Counted from the first letter of the stretch, positions 39,162-53,585 are shown. The stretch is 64,000 nt of DNA from Bigelowiella natans CCMP2755 (GCA_000320545.1 ADNK01001322.1:25070-89069), one strand, 5' to 3'. Notes: generated from the letters alone by a model not told the origin. Made by a program: numbers and translations.

Positions 39162-42006
39162 CCACACGCTGTGGTTATAATGGAGGTGATGATGATCGTG
39201 TCATTACTCAACCAATAGACCGTGCTGGAGGAGACGCGACATCGTAGTATTAACGTTTATAACAGGTTAGACAACAACCACAGTGGTTGCAACTTGTGAC
39301 CTAATGATAAAGTTGCTTGCACAATGACGTGCCACGCTCTTCGTCTAATCATCGTTTCTTTTCTGAATTATTAGGCTATATGAAATCATCAACAACCAAC
39401 GTCAAAGAAAGTTCTACGTCTTTTCAAATGAGGTTTCTTATTTCGTTTCCAACCGGTTTCGAATATGCAACATTAACCGTTCTTCATCCCATCAGCACCA
39501 TATGTCCACCTATGTGGAGAGAGACAGGAAAGAGTCACCAAATGATCGCAACGACCGGGCCATTCGTGTAAGCTACAACTAGTATATGAGACCGTTGCAA
39601 GGAATGGCAGAGGGAGATAATTTTATGCATTTGCGTCAAGATGGTCATCATGAATAGCTGGATTATGCGTTGTTCTTCGTTAAAGTGCTCATCTTCTTCT
39701 TGATGTGCTTAGGTGGCAGCAAGATGGTACGATACCCATCTGGAAAAGGCCGCAAAGATTACCTTGATTACCGATGATAGGGATAATCGGTACTACTAGT
39801 AGTAGTAGTACTAAGAGTAGTAAGAGTAGTAGTTGTAGTAGGCTTTTAAGAACTTGCAATTTGGCAGTAAAGAAAGATACCCATCAAAGCACAATGCAAG
39901 GAATTCTCATTAATACATTTTGTAACTCTTAATCGTCATTATATTGACAAATGACAACAGCGAGAAGGCAGAGAAAGATGGACTGAGTTCCATGTCCACA
40001 AAAGACTATGTACGTATATACAAGAGACACCAATCATTCCTTGCGCCCCATAGCAATTGATAACATACGCGTGTGTGTGTCTACTTACAAATAAAATGAT
40101 GCTGTATAAACGAAATACAGAAAGAACACAACATGCTGCTGCTTCCATGCATATCTTCCTATATTATTAATGTATATTATAGGAGTATGGTTGTTATTAT
40201 TGTTGGGAATCAGTAATAGTAAGAGGTTGGAGAAGGACGGTTATACATTCACACTACTATAGCCACCATCGTCGTACTCTTCCATTGGACAATTCCTACC
40301 TTCTTGCCTCCTCCCGTTGTCATCACCATCAATCAATCATCCTTCTCATCTATCACTAGATATTGAACCGAATCCCTGTTGGGGAACCCCAAGATCGACT
40401 CTTAGATCTCCTCGCATCTCCCGGTGAGAAGAAGAAGAAAAGGAGAGAAGGGAAAAGAAGAAATATAAAATGTGCCTCATATGGAAGAGAGAACGAGGGT
40501 GAGATAGTAGTGGAGGTGGTGGTGGTGGTGGTGATGATGATGAGGAGGAGGGAGGAGGAGGGGACAGTAAATCACGACAAGGGGCAGCGCTCATAAATAC
40601 GTAACTAGAGAAGAGACATGGCTATGCTGATCCCGCATCTCTCCTCCTCCTCCTCCTACTTCGCTCTTCCTCTCTTCTCTCTTGATGGTGTAGGGGATGG
40701 GGTGGAGGCGGGTAATCAAAGTGGTGGTGGTGTGGGTCTCGATGGAAGGGGAGGGCTGCAGATCGGTGCTGGAACGCGAAAGAAGAGGTCGGGTGAGTGG
40801 CTCTACAAGGAGCACATCCCTCTCTCAAAGGCAAAGGTGATGTTGTATTGTAATGTCTTTATTGTTTCTCCCCCTTCGCCCCTCTTGCTTATTCTTCCCG
40901 TTGTTGCTCCCGAATCGTACTCACTGCTCCTGGTTACCTCTCTTTTATTCTTATTATTCCTATTCTTCTTATTCTTCTTCTTCTTCTTCTTCTTCTTCTT
41001 CTTCTTCTTCCATCCATCATGATCACCACCTTCCAGCAAGAGATCGCACTTGGCAAATTGTACCAGGGTGTTTTCAAGGTAAACAGGAACTACTGGAAGG
41101 AGGTCAGTCAAAACAACACTGCCTGCTCTTAATACTATAAGTAGGACAAGTAAAAGAGTAGAAGATAAGGAGGTGGAGGGGGAGGGGGTGGGGTAGGGAT
41201 ACACTCTTATGTGTGTGATTCGGTCAATGCATTGCATTTTCTTATTGGTAATTTGAAAGGCCTCTGTGAGGGCTCAAGGTGGAAAATTGGCCAAACCAGT
41301 GCTGATATGCGGGTTGGAGGACATGAATCGAGCTATTGACGGCGATGTGGTCGCCATTGCGCTTAATGGGAGGGACAAATGGGATAAAGCACGTCAGGTG
41401 TTGTTATTCCTTACACATATATTACATAAACATGTGTGTATTATTGATTGATAGCGGCCTTGAGTTAACCGGAGTATGGATTTCTCTCACCGTGAATAGC
41501 GATATGAATAGCGATGATTCTTCTTCTCCTTCTCTCTTCCTCATTCGTCATATATTGCCTGCTTGATGATTGCAGGTTCTACTTCCAACGGGGGGGTTGG
41601 GTGCTGAGGAGATCGATGAAACAGAAGCTGCACGGGTGGTTGGTGATGGAGGACAACAGACGACGCAATCAAAGCACAAAGAGATGGAAGTGGATGATGA
41701 TGATGAAAAACAGCAAACGACAGTTGTCCAGGCGACAGGGCGTGTTGTGGCAATTCTTCGGTCGGTAGTGGCAGCATAGCACACAGACGACGACACTATG
41801 ATGATAATGTGATAATATGATGGTAAGGGGGAGCACTACAACAAGGGTTTGGCGACTGCAATGCTTTGTAAACATGTGCCAGCAGCAGCAGCAGCAGCAG
41901 CAGGTGTTTCGACTAGGATCGATCAATACTGCTGCTACAACAATCATCATCTAGGCTGCCATCTCTCTCTTCTTTGTGTGTATTTTTAACTGTGTGGTGA
42001 TGGAAT

Positions 42007-42040
<34 letters not shown>

Positions 42041-43841
42041 CTAATCTGTCGTCAGACGGAATACACGGGCGTACTGTGGGTCCATCGAGCTCAACGACCG
42101 AAGCAAGGGCATGACTCAAGGAAAGATTAACTTTATCAGGTGCTTGTAGTAGTAAACATCGTTGTTTCCTTCGAGAATGGTTGTCATGGCAGTGTGAAGT
42201 AGATGAATTCATATTCATTTCAAATAATAGAGGATGGATGGGGACAACGTTATGCATGGCGAGTGATTGTTAATGTGGTGTTAGTGTGGACCGACGTATT
42301 CCAAAGATTCAGATCTTCTCACGCCAAATCCAGTCTATTTTAGACAAACGGTAGTAGCAGTAGAAGTAGTATGGTGATGATGATGATAACGACAGTAGCA
42401 ATGATAAACACACTTGTTGTGCTCTAACTCATTACCTAAGACGATTCCGATGATGCATGTACTCTTTCATTTTTGTTAAATTGACAGTGTGTGTATGTGT
42501 GTGTGTGTGGCATTGTGTGTGGCATTGGTAGAATCGTGGTGCAGTTTGATGGATGGCCAAGGAATTCAAGGCGACCGCATGGCCATTATGTTCGAACACT
42601 GGGCAAGATCGGTGCTAGTTTTAGGCGGCCAATAACCTGCTGCTACATCTGCAAACAAAAGACAACAACAACAACAACAACACTAATGACTACTATTAGT
42701 GATACTCACTGATACTCTCCCTCTGCCACCCCTCCCCCCCCCCCTCTAAGGCGACCTCGACACAGAGACGAATGTGGTACTCTTGGAGCATGACATACCG
42801 ACACAAGCTTGGTATTATAATGATGATGATGATGATGATCATGATCATGATCATGATATTATTGTCGCTGTGATGACGACAACGAAGATAGTGTGATATT
42901 AAGGATGGTGATGATGATGAGGAGGAGGAGGAGGAGGGGAGGATGAGGATGAGGATGAGGATGAGGATGAGGGTTGAACGACAGATCTCCTGCTGTTCTT
43001 AAGCGCCTTGTACGACAGGTCTCCCGCTGTCCTCAAGTGCCTCCCACCTGAGGACTGGTGCATAACCAACCAAGAAGCCGAGAAGAGACGCGATCTGCGC
43101 AATGAACCCGAAATCTGTACGTCTAAAACGATGAAAGGAAGCACCATCAACAACGCTCATATTTGTTATTAGAGAGAGTAATTAATGTACCAGGATTCTC
43201 TAGAGAAGTTTCATCCCCACCATCATTATTATCACCATTATTATCTGCTTGACAGCAACCCCCCACACAGACGACCGATCCATTATAAAACATAGTACTC
43301 ATCGTATGATTCACGCGGTGTATGTATGTGCCATCCTACTGCTCTCTTTGATGTTAGTATATACTACATTCATGGTGCATATGCTACTACTGCTTCCATA
43401 ACGAAGTACCAACACTACTTCGCATCCTACTTGAGCGTTGTATGGTCCATTTTCTGCGACTTAAACTACTACTACTACTCCTACTACTACTACTACTACT
43501 ACTGTGGTGCTGATGAAGCAGGCATTGTATCTGTGGACCCACCTGGGTGTACGGATATTGACGACGCTCTTCACTGCCGAAGATTGCCGAACGGCAACTA
43601 CGAATGCGGTTGCGTCTTTCAGCTAATAATATCATCATTTTATCATTATTCGTTGCGAATCCGCCAAATACTGCCACCGCACCTTTCTCTACAAAGAGAG
43701 CTATTACAGCTGCTAATACACTTTATTCCTATCTCTGACACATACAAGGGGTCCATATTGCGGATGTTACTCACTACGTTCGTGAGGGTTCTGCGCTTGA
43801 TCTAGAAGCTCTAAACAGGGCAACCTCTGTGTACGTATTTC

Positions 43842-43876
<35 letters not shown>

Positions 43877-43908
43877 AAGGATGATGCTGCGATTATTCGC
43901 GTAGTGAT

Positions 43909-43972
<64 letters not shown>

Positions 43973-44429
43973 CTATACCGCATGATTCTATCAGATGACA
44001 ATACTTTTCATACATGATGTGATTTGATAATACTCCGTGGACATCATCGTGTGTTAAATATGATGATCATCATCATCATCCCTCTATTCAGATATCTCGT
44101 GCAGCGCCGTATTGATATGATACCGTCAATGTTGTCTACTGATCTGTGCTCTCTCAAAGAAAAGGTACTACTACTAGTTGTAGTTGCAGTAGTAGTAATA
44201 GGATATGATTCTCGTTCAAGAGTCATGTGCACTATTCATCATCATCATCATTATCATTATCATTATCATCATCGTTACATCGTAACATCGTTGTAATCAT
44301 CATACACACCGCCACCAGGTTGATAGGCTCGCATTCTCCGTGATATGGGAAATTAACCCAACGAATGAAATAGTCCGCACGTGGTTTGGCAAAACAGTCA
44401 TTCACTCGAAACAGGTGCTCCTACTAGCA

Positions 44430-44463
<34 letters not shown>

Positions 44464-45675
44464 TTACTATTACTACTACCCACTGCCAGTCTCTTGCTGT
44501 TCTTTAGCCATCATCATCTACGTTCATATTATTATCGTCGCCATTCTTCACAGGCCTTAGCATATGGAGACGCACAGAAAATACTGGACGATGATACCGC
44601 CAAAGGCCCTGTGGCGTTTGCACTGAAGAACCTCAACCGAATTGCTAAAGTTCTGCGGGTGGTCTCATCATCATCATCATCATCGTCGTCGTCGTCATCG
44701 TCGTCATTTCTCCCCCTCCCCCCCCCTTCCTTCTCCTCCTCCCTTCCAGCCTTTTCCGTATTGGAATTATCCTATGTTGACCATTCTCTACAATCGTGTC
44801 TTTGTTATTACTACTACTACTACTACTACTACTACTATTGTATCATGTCTCTTCTATCTTAGGCAAGGAGGCGTGAGAACGGTGCCTTAACGCTAGCGTC
44901 TCCCCAAATCAGATTCGTCCTTGACAGTGAAAGTCAAAAGCCGCAGGATGCCGAGATGTATGTAGTCATTTAGCATCATCGTCGTCATCATCATCATCAT
45001 CACCATCATCATCACCATCCTCTTTTCTTATCTTCAGTAATACTAGCTACTTACGTACGCTGTTGTACTCTTTTTCTCTCTCCTTGTTCTCCTTTTGTCC
45101 TCCTCCTCCTCCTCCTGCTCCTGTTCTCCTTCCTATTTCTGCTTGGTTATTTTTCTTGTACTCTAATACTACGACAGGTATCAGCTCAAAGAGGCCAATG
45201 GAATGGTGGAGGAGTTCATGCTTCTAGCGAATATCTCGGTCAGTTATCGCCTCGCCAACAGCAGCAGCTTTGGTTGTTGTGGCGACTAATCTGCCTAAAC
45301 ACACACACACACAAACACACACACACAATGACACATACATCGACTATTTCTTTGGATAAATACAGTATATTCAACCGAGTTATGAATCAATTATGTTCTA
45401 CGGATTAGGTGGCCAAGCGCATCCTCCGCTCTTTCCCTTCCTTCGCCATCTTGCGGCGGCACCCGAAACCCTCAGAGACACAATTCGATATGCTTGTCAG
45501 AGCTGCAGCTGTCAAAGGCCTCAAAATCGATGCGCGGTCCAACAAAGCACTGGGCGAGTCTCTTGATCGATGCGTGATCAAAGGATTTCCATACTTTAAC
45601 ACGCTGATTCGTGTGTTGGCTACACGCTGCATGACACAGGCTGTGTACTTCTCCTCTGGATCTGTGGAAGAGCAA

Positions 45676-45717
<42 letters not shown>

Positions 45718-45810
45718 GGTGTCATGGGAAAGAAGCAGCAGAAGTACGATGTAATGCCGTGATTTAGGACTGTTGTTTCACTCAATGATTACTACGGAAC
45801 TGCTGCTACA

Positions 45811-45850
<40 letters not shown>

Positions 45851-45864
45851 CGGATGTAATGAAA

Positions 45865-45900
<36 letters not shown>

Positions 45901-46109
45901 GATAGATACCAGCACTACGGCCTAGCAACCCCTATCTACACGCATTTCACGTCACCCATTCGAAGGTACACTACTACTACTACTACTACTACTGCTGCTA
46001 CTACTACTACCACTGCTACATCTAGCAGTAGAGACTACCTACTATATATACATATTCTTATTTATATCAATTTAACCACTTCGCAAACACGTACGATGAC
46101 AATCGATTA

Positions 46110-46148
<39 letters not shown>

Positions 46149-46712
46149 GACTCACTCACGTGATGTGATCATCATATTTATTGTTATCATTACTCCTCAC
46201 ATCCTCCTTCCTTTCTTCTAAAGATATTCGGATATTCTAGTCCACCGACTACTGGTACTTACACTTACAACGATGCCAACGACGACGATGATGGTGATGA
46301 TGGTGATGATGGTGATGATGGTAATGATACATCTCTTTGGCATGGATAGAACCTTTGGTACGGAGAATGGCATCCATCATATTATAATTTGCAAAGTGCA
46401 TGCTGTACACATATTGCGTCTCTTATTTGCAGGCCGCAGCGCTCCGCATAGACCCTGTTCCAACAGCGCTCGAGAACGAAGAGAAGTCAAGATCCATGTG
46501 TGAGCATATGAACCATCGTAATCGAATGGCACAGCAGGTAATACCACTACTACTACTACTACGATGATGATAATAATGATGATGATGAGGATGATGATGA
46601 TTATGGCGATAGCTTGCAAGCAAGTTCTCCTGACTGTGTTACAGAATCAGTAGAAGCATGAGTGTTGATGCTAACTCCTTCTTATTTGAAGACATACGCT
46701 ATCACCCGTTGT

Positions 46713-46754
<42 letters not shown>

Positions 46755-47792
46755 TCTCTCTAATTTTATCTATCTACCATGTATGATTACATGCACGTGG
46801 TTGTTTAGGTTGGACGCTCGAGTTCCGCACTATACACCCTCCTCTATTTCCGAGATCGGTAGTACGGACACAGCAACCTCAACAACGACATAATGAACGC
46901 TATCATCATCATCATCATCATCATCGTCGTCGTGGTTAAAACCATCTTCGTTTTTATTGAAAACAAAATAACGAGAGAAATTAAGGGACGGTGGGGAAAC
47001 AAACATGCACACAACGCGTGTAAGCGATGTAAAAACCACCTTGTTCCTTCGGTTTTCGTTGTCCTCTAAGCCGTTGCTGCGTCTTAATCCTTTATCAGCT
47101 CAACTGATATTCTATGTTCTTTGTATTGTTTCTGCTGTCAAATGATACTACTACTGTGACGACGATAACACGATGTCCAATAATTGACCAACCAATGAAT
47201 GGATCACTCGCCCTTCATCGAAGTGACGTCATCGAAGAGGGCATTGTGCTGTCGGTTCGCAAAATGGAATCCGCGTCTTTCTGCTAAGTTTGGAATTGAA
47301 GGTTCTATCGCAGTAGTACGCGGGGGGGGTGGCGAGGCTGAGGCAGCAGTGGCGGGTGGACCCATTACCGAAGACAGTGATGACAACGGCGGTTGGAAAT
47401 TTGACCCTGAGAACTTAGTTCTTGCGCACAACCAAAGCCAAACACGTTATCAAATTTTCGATCGGCTCAAGATCCGTGTGTACGTGAAATCCTCAGAGAT
47501 GCGTAGAGAGTGGTTGGAGATGGAAATTCCTGAATCGGAGGCTAAGACGACGACGACGACAATACAACAGCAGCAAAAGCATAAGAAGAATAAGGAGGAG
47601 GAGAACAAAAACCTACGGAAAAGAGGCCATCAGTTGGGAGGCGACATGGATCTGGATGATGATGCTGGTGATGATATACCTGCTGCTGTGCCGAAGGGAA
47701 GAGTAGCAAAGAGGCACAAGAAAATGATGAGAGAGGGGGGAGGTTCTGGAAAAGCGAAAGGCAAGAGAAAGAGAAATCGCAAAAAGTCATAA
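38611..47792 (+). CDS. DIS3: Exosome catalytic subunit DIS3/RRP44 (PIN + RNB), highly intron-rich
   Basis: [139 protein letters not shown]. Confidence 0.95.
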
Positions 47793-48736
47793 TCTCAAGT
47801 TTAAAAGCTGCATCACACAATCCATAGTGTATGACGGTTTCCATCGCCACAACACATGAGAAAAGCGTGGTAGACGATGCACGATGTAAATTGCCTCACT
47901 ACTTATGACAATTACTGCAGTTGTGCGTTGATATGTGGACGTAGCATACACACGCCTATGTATCGTGTTTCATACGCGATCTGCGCTTATGTATGCATTC
48001 AATTATTCATACAATGATGTATAGAGATGAATTCGCTATGGCGCAATCAACAGCAAGCTAAGGGCAACAATAAGAGCATTGCATTCTACCTGCGATGCGT
48101 CTCAAGTATGCCCCAGCCAGCCAAGCTTCTAGTATTTACATGGCTCGCAAAATAACGGCGTCTACGCTCATCTAGCTAGGCGCGGTGCGCGGACCACGCA
48201 GCTAGCTTGCGTATTATTGTGCAGTGGCAAATGCGGTACAGTAATATGTAGTGCACAATAATATAGTTAGCATGGGCGCTGATATCTAGGACTATTAGCA
48301 GTTGCTATTGCACACTGCATGCAGGGAAAGTAGTCGACAAACGCCAGAGTTAGCTATATATAGCAGCAGCACACACAGCCTATCATGCCATGTGGCATAG
48401 CGCAGCAATAATATATGTTATTACTGTGTCTATAATAGCAAATTAACGGACAAAATGATAGGTTAAGCTTCACAAACGACATGTGTGGCACAGTTGCAGA
48501 TCTGATTTTTTATTTCACTTGTTAAGTTTGTTAACATTATAAAATACGCATGCAGAGCTGCTGTCAGTCATTGAATGAAATACCCAGCAATCTAGTGCTA
48601 AATACTGATACGTTCCGTTAGAAAAATACTGCCATTACTTGCATGGTGAGTAGTGAAGGAGGTGCATATTTACATTAGTCTTCCACAGATCATCATTGTC
48701 ATCACGCTAACTACGAGAGGGTGATGTTTTATCTCA

Positions 48737-51700
48737 CTATCTCGCATCCAAACGCGGTAGGTCATGAGGATACAAGGGCCTGCTGTTTTGGGTGAACTCA
48801 AGCTCGACTTCGGGGAATACCTGCTGAGCTTCGTTCTTAAATAGTAGCGTCAAGTAGAACTTTATCCTACGCTTTGTGATGTCCTTACCGGGCACGTTTT
48901 TAGCTTTGAGATACTTCATAAGACGTTTTGCTGTCTTATGGTCGGAGGGGTCTGACTCTGCACAGGCTTGGATGACAGTGTGATAGCATTCAAGATCCAT
49001 TTCGTCAATATTAGAGCCGAAGACGTAGTTGAGGAGCTCTTTGACTCGAGAGAGATTTCCTTCACGTGCGTACTGTTGTGCCATGGCTGTAAAGTCGTAT
49101 GGGCTCGGGTTAGGGAGGAGGTAGAAGATCTTCTCGGCAATGCTTCTCTTGTTATGCTTGACGAGGCTGTGCAACATGCGTGATTTGAGCACAGCTGAAG
49201 GCTCTTTACCGCCCTCCTCAACCTCTTTGATAAGCTCGAGGAAGAGTTTCAGAGCTTTGTCTATCTGATTGTTGTTCAAATGGTCATGCACGAGGGGCTC
49301 GAGGGAGACCACCGAATCGATGAGCTGTTTCCTCATCTTCTCATCGTGCTGGCCCTTGCTACTTCTCGACATCGCCTCTAATGCAAACCGCTTGCATTCC
49401 TCGTTTGGTGCGACGTTCTCCTGGTTCATCAGCTTCATGATACGATTCACACTTCCAGGGCTTGTTCTTCTTCCCTGTCGCGAACACTTGGCTGCCAGAC
49501 CCAGCATACGACTGAACGTATGTACTGAGGGAGGGATCCTGTCTTCCTTCATCAGAGCTAATAATTGCTCCTCTTGAGAGTAGTTGCTGGAGTTGTTTTC
49601 ACTGATTTGCTGCTGTAGCTGCTGATGCTGCTGCTGCTGCTGCTGCTGAGCCATGCTTGTTCCTAGCCCAATCGAGGCCATGAGGTCATAAACGCATGCG
49701 TCTCGCTTGACACCAAGTTCATGCATTTGTCGGAATCGGTTACGTGCGGTCTGGATGTTCGCCTTCTTGATATGAACCATGATAGCCATCGCAAACCACC
49801 GCGATTGCAGCTCTACGCGGGAGCTTAATGCTTTGTCCAGCCACTCGCTGACCTTCTTCTCGTCTTCCGAAGCGCTATAATGCCATATGAACGCCTCATA
49901 AACCGGTTGTGATTCCTGCTGCACCACCAACCACTCGGCAGACTGCAGTTCTCGCGTCCATTGTTCTCCTTCTCCTCCCTGAATAGTTCTAGAAGTTGCT
50001 TCCTTCATATCGGAGAGAAAGGCTTCAAAACACTCTAATGCAGCCGACTCTAGATTGGCCTCTAAAAGAGATCGAATGAGCGTTGACGTTCCATTTGCAT
50101 CCAATGGCCAAAGCCCCAGAGCAGATGAGGAGGAGCCGTGCAGCTCTTTCACCCATTCTAGGGCGCGGTACGCAGCAGCACGCTTCCTTCTCTGTGAATG
50201 AGCTTCCTCCTCTTCCCCCATTACTTCCTCGTTGCTGGCAGCTGTGGAAAGCTGCACCTCGAGCATCGCATTTAGGATGATACGTGAATTACCAAAACCT
50301 GCCTCCTGAGCGGCCTCAAGCCACTCCTTCGCTCCCTTGAGATCTCCATGATATGCATGGGTGCGTATCGCAATCTCGAATGTAGATGCGTTTGGTTCAA
50401 GCAACGACTCGGTCATTAAACCGATTAGTCCACGTACTGTTCTTGTGTCTCCAAAGCGTGAGCATGCTCGTAGACCGGAATTGTAATGGGCTACGTTTGG
50501 CGCGACACCGAGTGATAAAAGCATATTTAGCAAAAAGGACACCGCCTTCTCCGGGGAGCTCTTCTCGAGCCCAGATAGCATAATCTGGCAGGTTACTTGG
50601 TCAGGATTGAACAGTTTTTGAGCAACATTCTCCAGCACACTTCGTGCAGTATCAACATCGCCATGTTCGATGAGCGTTGACATCACCTCATTACACGATC
50701 TCAGGTCAAAGAAATGCTCTTGGTCATGCATTTTGCATAGCCATTCAATAATATGATCGGAACGGGCACCACTTGCAGATAGGGCCTTAAAGGTAGTCAT
50801 GTAGAAGTCACGATGTCTTGGCTGAACCCCGGCAGCATCCATTAGATTCAGGATTTTGATAACGTGTTCAGAGGCCTTAGGCTTCCCATAGTAAGCGATC
50901 AATCCCTCAAAACAATCCGAATCGACCGAATTATTATGGATAGCGTTGGTGAGCCATTTCAAGGCCACTCTGACTTCCCCCGTAGCACAACAACATGATA
51001 TCAGCTGCGCATAAGCATTTGCATTTGGCTTGATTTCCGCCTCTTCCATGGACTTGATTACCCTCTCAGCCTGCTCAACCATATGTGCCCTAGAATATGC
51101 TTGCAGCATAGATCTGTACATGCACTTTGTCGGCTTGATTCCTTTGCCATTCATCTTCTTCATCCAATCAGCCATCTGATTTATATCTCCCTCCCTCGCG
51201 CATGCATCTAACGCCAAAGCGTAGATGTCTACACTTATGGGAGTATTCATTTTGTCCATGCTCAAAACCCAATCGCGAACCTGTGAAAAGGCTCCGCTTT
51301 TGAATATAGCCTCGACTATGGAGAGGGAGGTAGTCGCATCGGGGTGGACTCCTGCAACAACATACAGTCAACCAAACATTATCAATATTCATCTCGCACT
51401 TATCCATTACAACTTATAAAATTTAGTTTTCAAACCCATTTCCGCCATGATTTCCACCCAGCGATGGGCGTCTTCGAAACTATTGGACCGGGTGCATGCA
51501 TTTATTGCAAGTCTAAATGTGTCTTGATCAGGTGTCTTCCCTGCCGCCGCCATTCTATTGAGCCAAATTTCGGCCTTGAGCAAGTTGCCCTCCATTATAC
51601 ATATCTCTATGATCTCGTTATAGATGGTTGAATCTTCAAGTTGTACGTCGCCTCCCTGTTTCATCCTATCATAGACCTGTTCAATACTCTTGAGGTCTCG

Positions 51701-52033
51701 AGACCGAATATGATTCTTGAGAACTTCGATCTCCCTCAAATTCTCCACGTGCTAACCAAAATATTAAAGTTAAAGAATGCTTAAAGAATGTTAAGCGGTA
51801 AAAACCTGTTTCAGGTGGTCGTTGACATTAGGTTCAGGGCTAAGCGCTTTGTTCTGAGCTTTGAAAATTTCTGATCCATTGGCGTCATAAGTCGCTAACG
51901 ACGATGCCTCTGTGGAGGACACGCATTCAACACTCGATTTCGCATCCGTCTGTCGCCTCGGACTCGCTGAATGAAGCAAACGCAGTGAGAGTCTGCACCG
52001 GGAAGCCTGCCGGCGACAGAACAGCGAAGCCAT
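48737..52033 (-). CDS. Large pentatricopeptide-repeat protein, probably mitochondrial
   Basis: MASLFCRRQASRCRLSLRLLHS presequence and many PPR units (IYNEIIEIC, PDQDTFRLAINAC, MYRSMLQAYS, PNANAYAQLISCC, PNVAHYNSGLRAC, PSVHTFSRML). Confidence 0.88.
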
Positions 52034-52140
52034 TCAGTCCTACAGAATCAGCAGTAATATGTGTGATTGATCTTGTGAGAAGTACAAATATTCCATGCTT
52101 TTTTTTCCATAATAAATTATTTTTTTGTCATATTACGATA

Positions 52141-53585
52141 AATCCCAATGTTTCTCATCGTTGTGAACACATCCAGTTCTGAAATGTTGTCCTTGACACA
52201 GGACGACAATCTTCTGATGCCTCACTTTTTTCTCAATCGAGTCGTCGAATCTTGTCAGAACCATGCTTCGTTCATTCATTCATTGTTCATTGAAATCAAT
52301 TCAGCGTGACACTTTTCAACTGCTCCGTTAGAGTCACTCCGCTAGCTCGGTTGGATTGTCTGCCACTTTGTCCCAGTCTTTTCCTTCAAGTTGGGCGGTT
52401 GCTGGGTTGGTTGGGTCACTTTCTCGCTTTCGGTCAGCCACTTTCAAGACCTCGCTTCTTCGTGGCCCACACAGAGGCCAGTTTCAGTTGCACCTTGATG
52501 CTTGAGGCGCGTCATCACGTGAGCAGCGCAAGGTGTTGTCTGTGCATCGTGGTGCGTGCCAAGTTGTGATCACAGTTCCAATGTTTCGTTCACTCGGCGT
52601 CCACGAGTTTGTGCTCTCACGTTCACGAAGAGTGCACAGACACAAAGGACCATCGAACTGCCTTGCCATCAGTGAAGGAGCCGCAAACCTGGAACACCAT
52701 TGAGATTGTGCCACTCTGGCACTGGTGAGTGAGAGCAGCGTGACTGACCAGCAAGAGAGCAAGTGCGAGCTCTGAACGACCACGCCCAGCCAGTCTGGCA
52801 GTCAGTGCGATGCACGCCAGCACGAAGAAACGCTGAAGCCAACACGTTCGTGAATTGTTCTGCAAGTGAAGAAAATTGTGGGACGATGGTGCACTCTGGC
52901 ACTTTTCCAGTTTTCTTTGCCAGTGAGCACGCCACTGGCTAGCTGGGCACGACGAGCAGGTCATTCCGGCATTGCACGGTGCATGGTGCACACAGCCGAT
53001 GTTGCTCATGCTGCCAATGAGAGCAGTCGATCCCAGGATTGCATGCATGCACACCACGTGTTCCAGCGTTGCCACACTTGTTGCACAGCATTGCGTGCAC
53101 GTGTGAATCGACAATCGAACGTTGTGCACGTGTCCATGCTGGCAATGCCGGCATGCCTGGCATGTAGCTACGTAGCTAAGCCTAGCTAGCTACGTAACTA
53201 CATGCCACGCGGTGTGTTTCAGTTTGATGAAGGGGAACAATTGCATCGCCGTGGCGTGCCGCACAGCCGTAGCGTGCCATGCCAGCATCTAGCTCTAGGC
53301 ATGCCAGCATGTCTGCTAGATGTCTAGATGTGTCGAATGAGAACTTGCACTGCTGCAGTCAAGCACAGCAGCCATCGCACGACGTTACAGCTAGCTGTTC
53401 ATGTGCACGTTGCGCTCGCACTCATCAGTGCATGTCACCCAACAGTGCTGTGGACGCGTGGGGTGGTTTGGTCGATCTGTGAAAAACGTTTCTGCCTGCT
53501 GTCCTGCATGCCCGCATCTCGTGTTCTCGTGTTGCTCATTCATTCACACAAGTCTAGAGGTGGAAGCAATGTGCGCGCACAACAA
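52141..53585. other. TpA-depleted tract 4
   Basis: 3 TA in 52141-53160. The remaining TA are mostly CTAG or inside one hairpin. Confidence 0.9.
53159..53206. repeat. Inverted repeat with 20-bp arms (1 mismatch) and an 8-nt loop
   Basis: GGCATGTAGCTACGTAGCTA-AGCCTAGC-TAGCTACGTAACTACATGCC. Confidence 0.9.
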
